Assembly (NCBI GenBank): GCA_002269645.1
Contig: NIVC01001064.1
Location: 37,159 to 101,158, forward strand
Reading direction: 5' to 3'
Length of the DNA stretch: 64,000 nt
From: Macrostomum lignano
Lineage: Eukaryota
Part shown: positions 36,830 through 48,003 of the stretch, one piece after another
Layout of the letters: every line of letters begins with the position of its first letter
Position numbering within the stretch: the first letter of the stretch is position 1
Position numbers and translations under genes: made by a program
The notes under the pieces: model-generated
What the model saw: only the letters and a program-made list of their open reading frames with translations
Databases searched by the model: none
Told to the model about the DNA's origin: nothing

Positions 36830-39800
36830 TTATGTTTGACATGGTGGCTCTTTAATGTTTGACATGGTGGCTCTTTTATGTTCTACATGGTGGCTCTCTT
36901 ATGTTTGATTCGGGGTTTTTTTAATGTTTGAAATAGTGGCTCTTTTATGTTTGACATGGTGGTTCTTTTATGTTTGACATGGTGGCTGTTTTATGTTTGA
37001 CATGGTGGCTCTTTAATGTTAGACATAGTGGCTCTTTAATGTTTGACATGGTGGCTCTATAATGTTAGACATGATGGCTTTTTAATGTTCGACATCGTGG
37101 CTCTTTAATGTTCGACATGGTGGCTCTTTAATGTTCGACATGGTGGCTCTTTTATGTTTGACATGGTGGCTCTTTTATGTTTGACATGATGGCTCTTTTA
37201 TGTTTGACATGGAGTCACGTATATGTTTGACATGGTGGCTCTTTAATGTTTGACATGGTGGCTCTTTAATGTTTTACGTGGTGGCTCTTTAATGTTCTTC
37301 ATGGTAGCTCTTTTATGTTTGACATGGAGTCACGAATATACTTGACATGGTGACTCGTTATTGTTCGACATGGTGGCTCTTTAATGTTAGACATGGTGGC
37401 TCTTTAATGTTAGACATGGTGGCTCTTTAATGTTTGTCATGATGGCTCTTTAATGTTTGACATGGTGGCTCTTTTATGCTTGACATGGTGGCTCTTTACT
37501 GTTTGACATGGAGTCACATATATGTTTGACATGGTGGCTCTTTAATGTTCGACATGGTGTCTCTTTAATGTTTGACATGGTGGCTGTTTTATGTTTGACA
37601 TGGTGGCTCTTTAATGTTAGACATGGTGGCTCTTTTATGCTTGACATGGTGGCTCTTTACTGTTTGACATGGAGTCACATATATGTTTGACATGGTGGCT
37701 CTTTAATGTTCGACATGGTGTCTCTTTAATGTTTGACATGGTGGCTCTTTTATGTTCGACATGGTGGCTCTTTTATGTTTGACATGATGGCTCTTTTATG
37801 TTTGACATGGAGTCACGTATATGTTTGACATGGTGGCTCTTTTATGTTCGACATGGTGGCTCTTTAATGTTTTACGTGGTGGCTTTTTAATGTTCTTCAT
37901 GGTAGCTTTTTTATGTTTGACATGGAGTCACGAATATACTTGACATGGTGGCTCTTTTATGTTCGACATGGTGGCTCTATAATGTTAGACATGGTGGCTC
38001 TTAAATGTTCGACATGGTGGCTCTTTAATGTTCGACATGGTGGCTCTTTAATGTTAGACATGATGGCTCTTTAATGTTTGACATTGCGGCTCTTTAATGT
38101 TTGACATGGTGGCTCTTTTATGTTCGACATGGTGGTTCTTTTATGCTTGACATGGTGGCTCTTTAATGTTTGACATGGTGGCTCTTTGATGTTTGACATG
38201 GTGGCTTTTTTATGTTTTACATGGTGGCTCTTTAATGTTGGACATGGTGGCTCTTTAATGTTCGACATGGTGGCTCTTTAAAGTTAGACATGGTGGCTCT
38301 TTAATGTTAGACATGGTGGCTCTTTAATGTTCGACATGGTGGCTCTTTAATGTTAGACATAGTGGCTCTTTAATGTTAGACATGGTGGCTCTTTAATGTT
38401 AGACATGATGGCTCTTTAATGTTTTACATTGCGGCTCTTTAATGTTTGACATGGTGGCTCTTTTATGTTCGACATGGTGGCTCTTTTATGTTTGACATGA
38501 TGGCTCTTTTATGTTTGACATGGAGTCACGTATATGTTTGACATGGTGGCTCTTTTATGTTCGACATGGTGGCTCTTTAATGTTTTACGTGGTGGCTTTT
38601 TAATGTTCTTCATGGTAGCTTTTTTATGTTTGACATGGAGTCACGAATATACTTGACATGGTGACTCGTTATTGTTCGATATGGTGGCTCTATAATGTTA
38701 GACATGGTGGCTCTTAAATGTTCGACATGGTGGCTCTTTAATGTTCGACATGGTGGCTCTTTAATGTTAGACATGATGGCTCTTTAATGTTTGACATTGC
38801 GGCTCTTTAATGTTTGACATGGTGGCTCTTTTATGTTCGACATGGTGGCTCTTTTATGCTTGACATGGTGGCTCTTTAATGTTTGACATGGTGGCTCTTT
38901 GATGTTTGACATGGTGGCTTTTTTATGTTTTACATGGTGGCTCTTTAATGTTGGACATGGTGGCTCTTTAATGTTCGACATGGTGGCTCTTTAAAGTTAG
39001 ACATGGTGGCTCTTTAATGTTTGACATGGTGGCTCTTTTATGTTCGACATGGTGGCTCTTTTATGTTTGACATGATGGCTCTTTTATGTTTGACATGGAG
39101 TCACGTATATGTTTGACATGGTGGCTCTTTTATGTTCGACATGGTGGCTCTTTAATGTTTTACGTGGTGGCTTTTTAATGTTCTTCATGGTAGCTCTTTT
39201 ATGTTTGACATGGAGTCACCAATATACTTGACATGGTGACCGTTATTGTTCGATATGGTGGCTCTATAATGTTAGACATGGTGGCTCTTAAATGTTCGAC
39301 ATGGTGGCTCTTTAATGTTCGACATGGTGGCTCTTTAATGTTAGACATGATGGCTCTTTAATGTTTGACATTGCGGCTCTTTAATGTTTGACATGGTGGC
39401 TCTTTTATGTTCGACATGGTGGCTCTTTTATGCTTGACATGGTGGCTCTTTAATGTTTGACATGGTGGCTCTTTGATGTTTGACATGGTGGCTTTTTTAT
39501 GTTTTACATGGTGGCTCTTTAATGTTGGACATGGTGGCTCTTTAATGTTCGACATGGTGGCTCTTTAATGTTAGACATGGTGGCTCTTTAATGTTAGACA
39601 TGGTGGCTCTTTAATGTTCGACATGGTGGCTCTTTAATGTTAGACATGATGGCTCTTTAATGTTTTACATTGCGGCTCTTTAATGTTTGACATGGTGGCT
39701 CTTTTATGTTCGACATGGTGGCTCTTTACTGTTTGACATGGAGTCACATATATGTTTGACATGGTGGCTCTTAAATGTTTGACATGGTGGCTCTTTAATA

Positions 39801-41440
39801 TTCGACATGGTGGCTCTTTAATGTTTGACATGATGGCTCCTTAATGTTTGACATGGTGGCTCTTTTATGTTCGACATGGTGGCTCTTTTATGCTTGACAT
39901 GGTGGCTCTTTACTGTTTGACATGGAGTCACATATATGTTTGACATGGTGGCTCTTTTATGTTTGACATGGTGGCTCTTTTATGTTTGACATGGTGCCTC
40001 TTTTATGTTTGACATGGTGGCTCTTTTATGTTTGACATGGTGGCTCTTTAATGTTTGACATGGTGGCTCTTTTATGTTAGACATGGTGGCTCTTTAATGT
40101 TAGACATGGTGGCTCTTTAATGTTAGACATGATGGCTCTTTAATGTTTGACATTGAGGCTCTTTAATGTTTGACATGGTGGCTCTTTTATGTTGGACATG
40201 GTGGTTCTTTTATGTTCGACATGGTGGCTCCTTAATGTTCGACATGGTGGCTCTTTAATGTTCGACATGGTGGCTCTTTTATGCTTGACATGGTGGCTCT
40301 TTACTGTTTGACATGGAGTCACATATATGTTTGACATGGTGGCTCTTTAATGTTCGACATGGTGGCTCTTAAATGTTCGACATGGTGACTCTTAAATGTT
40401 CGAAATGGTGGCTCTTTAATGTTTGACATAAAGTCACATATATGTTTGACATAAAGTCACATATATGTTTGACATGGTGGCTCTTAAATGTTTGACATGG
40501 TGGCGTTTTTTAATATCTGACATGGTGGTTCTTCTATGTTTGACATGGTGGCTCTTTAATGTTTGACATGGTGGCTCTTAAATATTTGACATGGTGGCTT
40601 CCAAATCTTTGACATGGTGGCTCTTTAATATTCTACATGGTGGCTGTTTAATGTTCGAAATGGTGGCTCTTTTTTGTTCGACATGGTGGCTCCTAGTTGT
40701 TTGCCATGGTGGCTCTTTAATTTTTGACATGGTGGCTCTTTAATGTTCGACATGGTGGCTGTTTAATGTTCGAAATGGTGGCTCTTTTATGTTCGACATG
40801 GTGGCTCTTTAATGTTTGACATGGTGGCTCTTTAATGTTAGACATGGTGGCTCTTTAATGTTCGAAATGGTGGCTCTTTAATGTTTGACATGGTGGCTCT
40901 CTTATGTTCGAAATGGTGGCTCTTTAATGTTTGACATGGTGGCTCTCTTATTTTTGACATGGTGGCTCTTTAATGTTCGAAATGGTGGCTCTTTTATGTT
41001 CGACATGGTGGCTCTTAAATGTTTGACATGGTGGCTCTTTAATGTTTCACATGGTGGCTCTTTAATGTTTAACATGGTGGCTCTTTAATGTTCTTCATGA
41101 TGTAGCTCTTTTATGTTACACATGGTGGCACTTTAACGTTCGACATGGTGGCTCTTTATGTTCGACATGGTGGATCTTTTTTGTTCTACAGGGTAACTCT
41201 TTATGTTTGATACGGTGGCTTTTTAATGTCTGACATTTTAGCTCTTTTATGTTCGACATGGTGGCTCCTAATTGTTTGACATGGTGGCTCTTTAATGTTC
41301 AAAATGGTGGCTCTTTAATGTTCGAAATGGTGGCTCTTTAATGTTCGAAATGGTGGCTCTTCTATGTTTGACATGGTGGCTCTCTTATGTTTGACATGGT
41401 GGCTCTTCTATGTTTGACATTGCGCTTCTTTAATGTTTAG
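36830..41440. repeat. 23-bp minisatellite (ATGTTTGACATGGTGGCTCTTTA), about 200 copies with higher-order blocks, inside the Helitron
   Basis: Unit visible throughout; variant blocks recur 713 and 574 bp apart (38071, 38784, 39358). Confidence 0.97.
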
Positions 41441-42808
41441 CAGTTTTGTTGTGTTTTTAAGGTGTTTTAATAAAAAAATCTTTTTGCACTACTAAGATTT
41501 GAACCCAGGTTGCTACATTAGCATTCCAGTCTGTTCGCATCAGGGCTATTTCTTTTCAATTGGAGAACATGAATTGTGGCCCTTATAATTCAATTCTTAC
41601 AGCAAGTCAATTGGAGTAAAAAGTTATGACATAATCAATTTCTCAGTCAGCCAGTATCAGTCTCACTTCAAGTTAGCAATATGGTTACGCAATTTAAATC
41701 ATGTCGTATGTGCATTTCCTCGGCACTGTTTTCAACTTGTTGTGATGCAATCTTTATCACAATCGGAATTCAGTCAGTCAGTTTTTTCTATAGCATTCTT
41801 ACAATGCATTTCAAGTCGAAAATTTTGCTTGACCTTTGCAAAAAAGCATGTTTTTCGAATATTTAATCCCTTTAGCATTTAGCAATTTCTTAGCCAAGAT
41901 GCATGTACCGTCCCAGGAAAATTTCTGAATGAATGGTGCAAGTTTGAAGAAAATCGGTTGAGCCAATTTTTCTGAAATCTATCGCATACCTACCTACCTA
42001 CCTACCCACAGACAACTCATTTTTAGTATATAGGATTTGAGCAAATCCAATGTCAATATGAAGAACTATCAAAGGAGATAAATATGACTAAAAAGGATAG
42101 AGATAATTACAAGAATGCAACAAATTGTTTTCTATGCAACAGAGAGTTAAATAAGAAAAATAAGATACTAGAACATTGTCATCTAACGGGAAATTATCGC
42201 GGGGCAGCATGCAGATCATGCAACGCAAAAGAAGGAAAAGGATGTGAGGAAATACCAGTATTTTTATAATGATTCTGGTTATGATTTTCATTTCCTTGTT
42301 TGCGAATTGCTACATTTAGGTAAAGATGAATATGAAGTAAATATTTTACCAAAAACATCAGAAAATTACATTTCAATAACGTATGGTAAAAAAAATTCCA
42401 CCTAGTTTTTCTAGATTCCTTGAGATTCTTATCAACCTCACTAGCTAATGTTGTTTCCTCATTAGTTCCAACCCCAATGGATTTAGAAACAGTAAAGAAA
42501 AACTTTCCAATTCTATTGAATAAATTTAAAAAAGAAAAACTGTCCGAGGAAGAACTAATACTATTAACTCGCAAGGGTGTATATCCATATGAATATGTAT
42601 CATCTGAAAAGGTATTTAATGATACTCAACTAACCCCAATTGAAAAGTTTTATTCAATACTATCACAATCAAATACAACTGAATCGGTTTATGAACATGC
42701 AAAAAAAGAATGGAACTATTTTAATTGTAAAACATTTAAAGATTATCATAACATCTATCTTAAAGCAGATGTTCTCCTATTAGCTGATGCTTTTGAAAAC
42801 TTTATAAT

Positions 42809-42979
42809 TGTACGCTCTGCGCGGTAATAATGTACTTGGCTTGGTCGATGAACTAACTCGTAGCAATACTCTTATTACGCAATGCTCTCGTGCCTATAAA
42901 TATATTGAATTGAGCAGTCGGCTCATTTAAGTGCATCGTTTTCTCTCGCCAAACTAAATAGCTAGTCTGAGTCATTACA
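42809..42979. mobile_element. Short solo LTR (171 bp) inserted in copy-1 polB
   Basis: TGTA...TACA termini; 5-bp TSD ATAAT at 42804-42808 and 42980-42984; absent in copy 2. Confidence 0.85.
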
Positions 42980-44458
42980 ATAATCATACATATGAGAATT
43001 TTAAAATTGATCCCGCCTATTGCTTTAGTGCACCCGGATTAACATGGGCATGCGGATTGAAATATACAGATGTGAAAATTGATTTGCTAACTGATCATGA
43101 TATGTTGTTAATGATTGAGCGAGGAATTCGCGGCGGATTCTCTGGGGTTTTAGGAGATAGATATACTAAAGTAAATAATAAATATTTACCAAATTCTAAT
43201 AAAAAACAGAAATCATCATATGTATTATATCTAGATGCAAACAATTTATATGGAGGCTGCATGAAACAAAAATTACCAATTGCCGATTTCCAATGGGAAG
43301 ATGATCCCAATTATTATAAAAACATTTCCAAAGGAAGGGGATGCATAGTTGAAGTAGATTTAAAATATACTCGGCAAGCAAAAGCAGCAACATATAAATA
43401 TCAACTAGCTCCAGAGCATTGTTCAGTTAATGAAGATGAATTATCAGAAACACAAAAAGGCTATCTAAAAGCAGAAAACTCAAAACACCTAGCAACAAAA
43501 AAGCTAATTCTAAATTTATTCGATAAGAAAAACTATGTAGTGCATTATAACCTTCTACAATTTTATGAAAAGCAAGGACTAAAGGTAACCAAAGTACATC
43601 GAACAATTTCTTTTATAGAAGAAGATTGGTTAGCCAAATATATTGACTTTAATTCAAATCAGAGACGGATGGCAAAAACAACTTTTGAGAAAGATTATTG
43701 GAAATTAATGAACAATGCATTTTATGGACAAACAGTTGAAAATATTAGAGATAGAACCCAATTCCATTTAGAAAAGGATATTGAAAAAGCAAAGAAATAT
43801 TTTACCAAACTAAACTTTAAAGACTTTATAAAATTTGATAATGAATTTATGGGAATACATATGAGAAATAAAACAACAAAATTTCTTAAACCAATCTTTA
43901 TTGGAATGGTTGTTTTAGATTATGCAAAGCTAGTAATGCATGAATATTATTATGATGTTATAAATAAAACTTGGCCAGATAACTATCCAATATATGCAGA
44001 CACCGACAGTTTGGTATTTAAGGTTGAAACTGACGATCGGGCACAGCCCGCGAACCAAAGGTTCAATGTCTATAAAGATATGGAAACAATTCAGGATACA
44101 TTAGATACATGTGATTACCCCGATAATCATCCTCTAAAATCAAATAAAAATAAGAAAGTTGTACTTAAAATGAAAGATGAATTAAATAGCAAAATCATAA
44201 CTGAGTTTATAGCAATAAGATCAAAATGCTATGCATTTAAAGTTTTAGGACAGGAGGGGGAAATTAAAAAATAAAAGGGGTTTCAAGAGCAGCAGTTAAA
44301 AAGATAACTTTTGATGATTATAAAAACGTACTATTAGATTACCTTAACACAATTGAAAAATATCATGCACTACAATATCGATTAAATTCAGATCAACATA
44401 AAATGTTTGTTATTGAGACTGATAAAAAACACTAAATCCATTTGATGATAAGAGGTAT

Positions 44459-44748
44459 TAGTAATATGTAAATGTACGCTTCTAGACCCAGAGGCACAAA
44501 TTAAACAGCACATTTGAAGGGCTAGAGGGGGGACACGGGGGGGAATCAAAAAAACACATTAAGACACTAAACAGCACCACTAACACCCCCAATACCCACC
44601 AATAGCCTCAAAAAATCAAAAACACTATTAACATACCCAATCAAATCCACCCATCAGAAATCAAACCCCCGTGTCCCCCCCCTTTAGCCCTTCAAATACC
44701 CATGTTTAAATAGGATCTGATCTAGAAGCGTACATTTACATACTACTA
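44459..44748. repeat. Fold-back (inverted repeat) at the left end of viral copy 2
   Basis: TAGTA(A/G)TATGTAAATGTACGCTTCTAGA and ATTTGAAGGGCTA(G/A)AGGGGGG(G)ACACGGGGG recur inverted. Confidence 0.88.
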
Positions 44749-44818
44749 CATTCAAACACTCTATAACCCACCGCCAGCGCCGCAGGCGCAAAGGGTCTGA
44801 AATGCTTGGTTTTTTCTG

Positions 44819-45087
44819 ATGACTAACACAGGAATTCGGGGATCTATTCGCGCTACACACAAACAAGTTTGCATTGCAACAATATAGATGGCTATAGCAA
44901 ACTTTATTCTATCGCCCCGAAGGGTCGCAGACACAGTCTGATGACTAACACAGGAATTTGGGGGTCTACTAACGCTACTCACAAACAAGCTCGCATCACA
45001 ACAATAGGGTCGACTATAGTAAACTTCATTTTATCACCCGAAGGGACGCAGACACAGTTTATGACTAACACAGGAATTCGGGGTCTC
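44819..45087 (+). repeat. Tandem ~121-bp repeat (two full units and one partial) starting ATGACTAACACAGGAATT
   Basis: Unit starts at 44819, 44941 and 45061. Confidence 0.85.
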
Positions 45088-45358
45088 GAGTGCCCATCCA
45101 CCCACAGCACAATATTCTGAGTCTTGCATTTTATTCAAACCAAAACGTGAGGCTACATTTTATTTTTTTATTTTCGAAAAAATTTTCTCACGTTTTGCTC
45201 TCACCATGTGACTTAAATGGAATGCATGAATTCTTTCTATTAACATGAAAAAATATATATGAGCACTCCAGAGCATGAATTAGCTCACATATTTTATCTT
45301 CGCAAATTTTTCATCTTTATTAGTTCTCTCACTATCTTATCATTAAGCAGCTAGTAAA

Positions 45359-46090
45359 ATGAACGACAAGGAAATTGAAAGCATTGTGAGCAATTTGAAG
45401 AGTCTAACAAAGAAAAGCAATACATCAATTGCTCTATTTTTGAATCGCCTTCCAAAAGAAAAACGCGGTTCCTTCAATGATACTTTGGTAAGCCTTGTTC
45501 ATCAAGCCATCGATAAGACGATTGAGGATGACGAATCTAGTAGCAACAAGAAGAAATCAAACAAAGCCGAACAAAGTGCAAGATTCATTGTCAACTTGAA
45601 AGCGTGGCTATCTAAGCATCACACTGAGGCAATTCATTTCAAGACAGACTATCGAGAGCTGGAGGAGCTGATTAAGGCTGAAATCACATCGGACGACACC
45701 GCCACTAGATTATACGCGGATCTATGCATCATTGAAGAAAAGGTCGATGAGATTAAGGGAGTGATTGGCGCCAAAAAAGCCGACACCATCGCGTTTCTAT
45801 CCGAGACTATGAGCAATCAGGAAATTCAAAGTCGTCTTAAGTGCGGCGACAACTATGTTTCACGAATGAAAACTTTCCACAAACTTTGTGAAGACTATCC
45901 GGCTCTTCGTTTCGCGCCATACGCATACAACACAATTTTGCAGTATAAAACCACCATTGAGTCTGCTGCAAACTCAGACGAAGACTTTTGCTCGATGTTG
46001 AAGACACCGCTGACGCCACAATTCAAAGGACGCGATGACGACACAGTGGTGGGGAGCAGCCGGAAAGTTTCTATTAGCCACCGGAAATGA
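45359..46090 (+). CDS. Hypothetical viral protein, possible C-terminal HTH-like domain (243 aa)
   Basis: Intact ORF with higher GC than the viral core; MSNQEIQSRLKCGDNYVSRMKTFHKLCEDYPAL resembles an HTH plus (K/D)YP motif seen in Polinton accessory ORFs (inference). Confidence 0.6.
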   Translation: MNDKEIESIVSNLKSLTKKSNTSIALFLNRLPKEKRGSFNDTLVSLVHQAIDKTIEDDESSSNKKKSNKAEQSARFIVNLKAWLSKHHTEAIHFKTDYRELEELIKAEITSDDTATRLYADLCIIEEKVDEIKGVIGAKKADTIAFLSETMSNQEIQSRLKCGDNYVSRMKTFHKLCEDYPALRFAPYAYNTILQYKTTIESAANSDEDFCSMLKTPLTPQFKGRDDDTVVGSSRKVSISHRK

Positions 46091-46322
46091 TTGATTTTAT
46101 TTGTTTTAAATAACTGATAATAACTGAATCGCTTGTTTTAGACATTATTCAATAACAGTTTAAAATTCCACACCGTTTTAACCACCATCAACAGTTTTAT
46201 AATGTATAATATTTATAAAGAAAAGCGCTAACTGATTCGAACTAAACTAACACTTAACAAAATTATTTACTCTCTTACTCCTCATTGTTCCTTTTTCATA
46301 GATAAATGGGGCAACTCAACTA

Positions 46323-46414
46323 GCGCCAATCTTTATAATTATAAAGAAAAGCGCCAATCTTTATAATTATAAAGAAAAGCGCCAATCTTTATAATTATAA
46401 AGAAAAGCGCCAAT
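46323..46414. repeat. Three 28-bp direct repeats, each with the perfect palindrome CTTTATAATTATAAAG
   Basis: GCGCCAATCTTTATAATTATAAAGAAAA at 46323, 46351 and 46379, partial at 46407; degenerate unit near 46205. Confidence 0.9.
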
Positions 46415-46500
46415 TCTAGCAACACTATGTTCCTGTGGAGTCTAGCCTATTCTTTTGTGTGTTCACGCATTCATTTTTCTGTTACTAAAAATAGACAAAA

Positions 46501-46911
46501 ATGACACACCATACGCAAGTATACAATCTGAATGAATTACAAATAGGAGACCCAGTAGAATACAGAGGTGAGGGTCTTTTCGACATAATAGGCGCTGCAG
46601 CAAATACAATAAAAGATAATATGCCACTAATAGCACAAGCAGGCTCAGCAGCAGGCTCTGTAACCAACGCAGTCAAGGGTGGAATAGAAGCAGCTAAGGC
46701 AGCAGAAGAGCTCAAGAAATTGAGAGAATTTAACGACACCCTCTCGCAAATAAAAGCAATAAAAGATTTAAAGCTAGCACAAAAAGTTGCTCAAGCCGCA
46801 CAACCTACTGAAACACCTACTAAAAGTAACCCATTGAGCAATAAAGATATCCAAGATTTTAATAAAATGTTAACCTCAATTAAAGGCGGAAAAGGATTAA
46901 AGAAGTTTTAG
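46501..46911 (+). CDS. Viral core or membrane-lytic candidate protein, copy 2 (136 aa)
   Basis: One amino-acid difference from 33435-33845. Confidence 0.55.
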   Translation: MTHHTQVYNLNELQIGDPVEYRGEGLFDIIGAAANTIKDNMPLIAQAGSAAGSVTNAVKGGIEAAKAAEELKKLREFNDTLSQIKAIKDLKLAQKVAQAAQPTETPTKSNPLSNKDIQDFNKMLTSIKGGKGLKKF

Positions 46912-47019
46912 TAATATAAAAATGGACCCAGTTAATGATGAAAATAGTTTATATTTCATAGCAGAGGTAGTAGACACTTTAAATTTAGATGATACGAGCG
47001 TAATAAACATAGCCACGCA

Positions 47020-47922
47020 ATGTTAAAAAGATTAGATCGATTAGGTAAAAAATTGGATTATGATATTGATACTTTTAAACTCGCTGCAAAATATGCACAA
47101 GAAGACAGACCCATTTCATTTAAGCATAATCGTAAAAACTATAGGTTAACAGAATCTGATGTTAAATTCTTATTGGAGACTCACACTAAAAAGGACGGTG
47201 GGCTGTTACCCATTCTACCAATTCTTTTAGGACTTGGGGCAGCAGGAGCAACTGGATTAGCAGCCAAAAGAATTCATGACAAGCGAAAACAGCTAGGGGA
47301 ATTAAAAGCAAAATAAGGGGGCATATTGCCACTTGCAACTTTGCTCCCAATAATTTGTGCAGGAATAAGAGCAGCTGGTGGAGTAGCAGGTGGAGCGGCT
47401 GGAATAGCAAAAGCCGTAAATGACAAAAAAGCCGCTGATGAAAAAGCTAAACGAGAGGCTGAATTCCAAAGACAGCAAATAACGCAGGATGCACAATTTA
47501 AACAAAAACTTATAGATACCATTAACAGCAGCTTATCAACAGCAGAACAAAAAAGAAATGCAGAAGCTAGCTTAGCAGCTGGAAAAGGTTTAATATTAGA
47601 AGGAACAACCCAAGGCGATGGCTTCATTTTAAAAGGTACAACTCACGGCGAAGGAGTTGTAGCAGATAAATTACATGAATTCGGTCAAACTTTGGAAAAA
47701 ACCGGCGAAAAAGCTAAAGGATTTTTCGATAATATCGGAGCCAACTTTAGGCCAGCGGTTCAGAAGATTTTTAATAAACAAGGAAAAGATTCTAACATAA
47801 TTGAAAAACATAATGGAAGCGGACTATATCTTGAAATGAGACCAAAAGCAGGTTCAGGCATCTTTTTAAATGCAAACGTTTCAGGCAGCGGATTAATATT
47901 ACCAAAAGCGGAACTAGAATAG
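47020..47922 (+). pseudogene. pX-like core polyprotein, copy 2 (one in-frame TAA at 47314-47316)
   Basis: The two ORF halves are in frame; copy 1 has CAG at the equivalent codon, implying one ancestral ORF of about 300 aa. Confidence 0.72.
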
Positions 47923-48003
47923 GCTCCTGTGGGGATGTCTAGGCTACTAAAATTCAAAATTAAAAAAGCACGAAAAAACATTGTATAAATTTTATTCTAT
48001 AAA

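Larger units (their letters stand above)
36372..42035 (-). mobile_element. Non-autonomous Helitron (5664 bp) inserted in copy-1 polB
   Basis: Minus strand 5'-TC...CTAG-3' inserted between A and T without TSD; CCCCC-AAC-GGGGG hairpin about 13 nt from the 3' end; removing it restores ETLVTI|FEQIQCQY, colinear with copy 2 (ASLVNAFEYIQNQY). Confidence 0.92.
34951..44458 (+). pseudogene. polB: Protein-primed family B DNA polymerase, copy 1 (three TE insertions, a deletion, frameshifts, 3' truncated)
   Basis: GSGF, DNKCLLWCL, YADFE, HCHLTGNYRGAAC, KGVYPYEY, YLDANNLYG, KLMNNAFYG, YADTDS, KMKDE. Confidence 0.92.

Noticed and set aside
36320-41088. Repetitive ORFs (IPQIAS, MSNIKEPPC, GDACNL and similar)
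   Set aside because: Products of the 18-bp and 23-bp minisatellites inside the Helitron.
36830-41440. CRISPR-like appearance of the 23-bp array (and of the 50-bp array at 62684)
   Set aside because: Units are contiguous with no unique spacers, there are no cas genes, and the context is eukaryotic.
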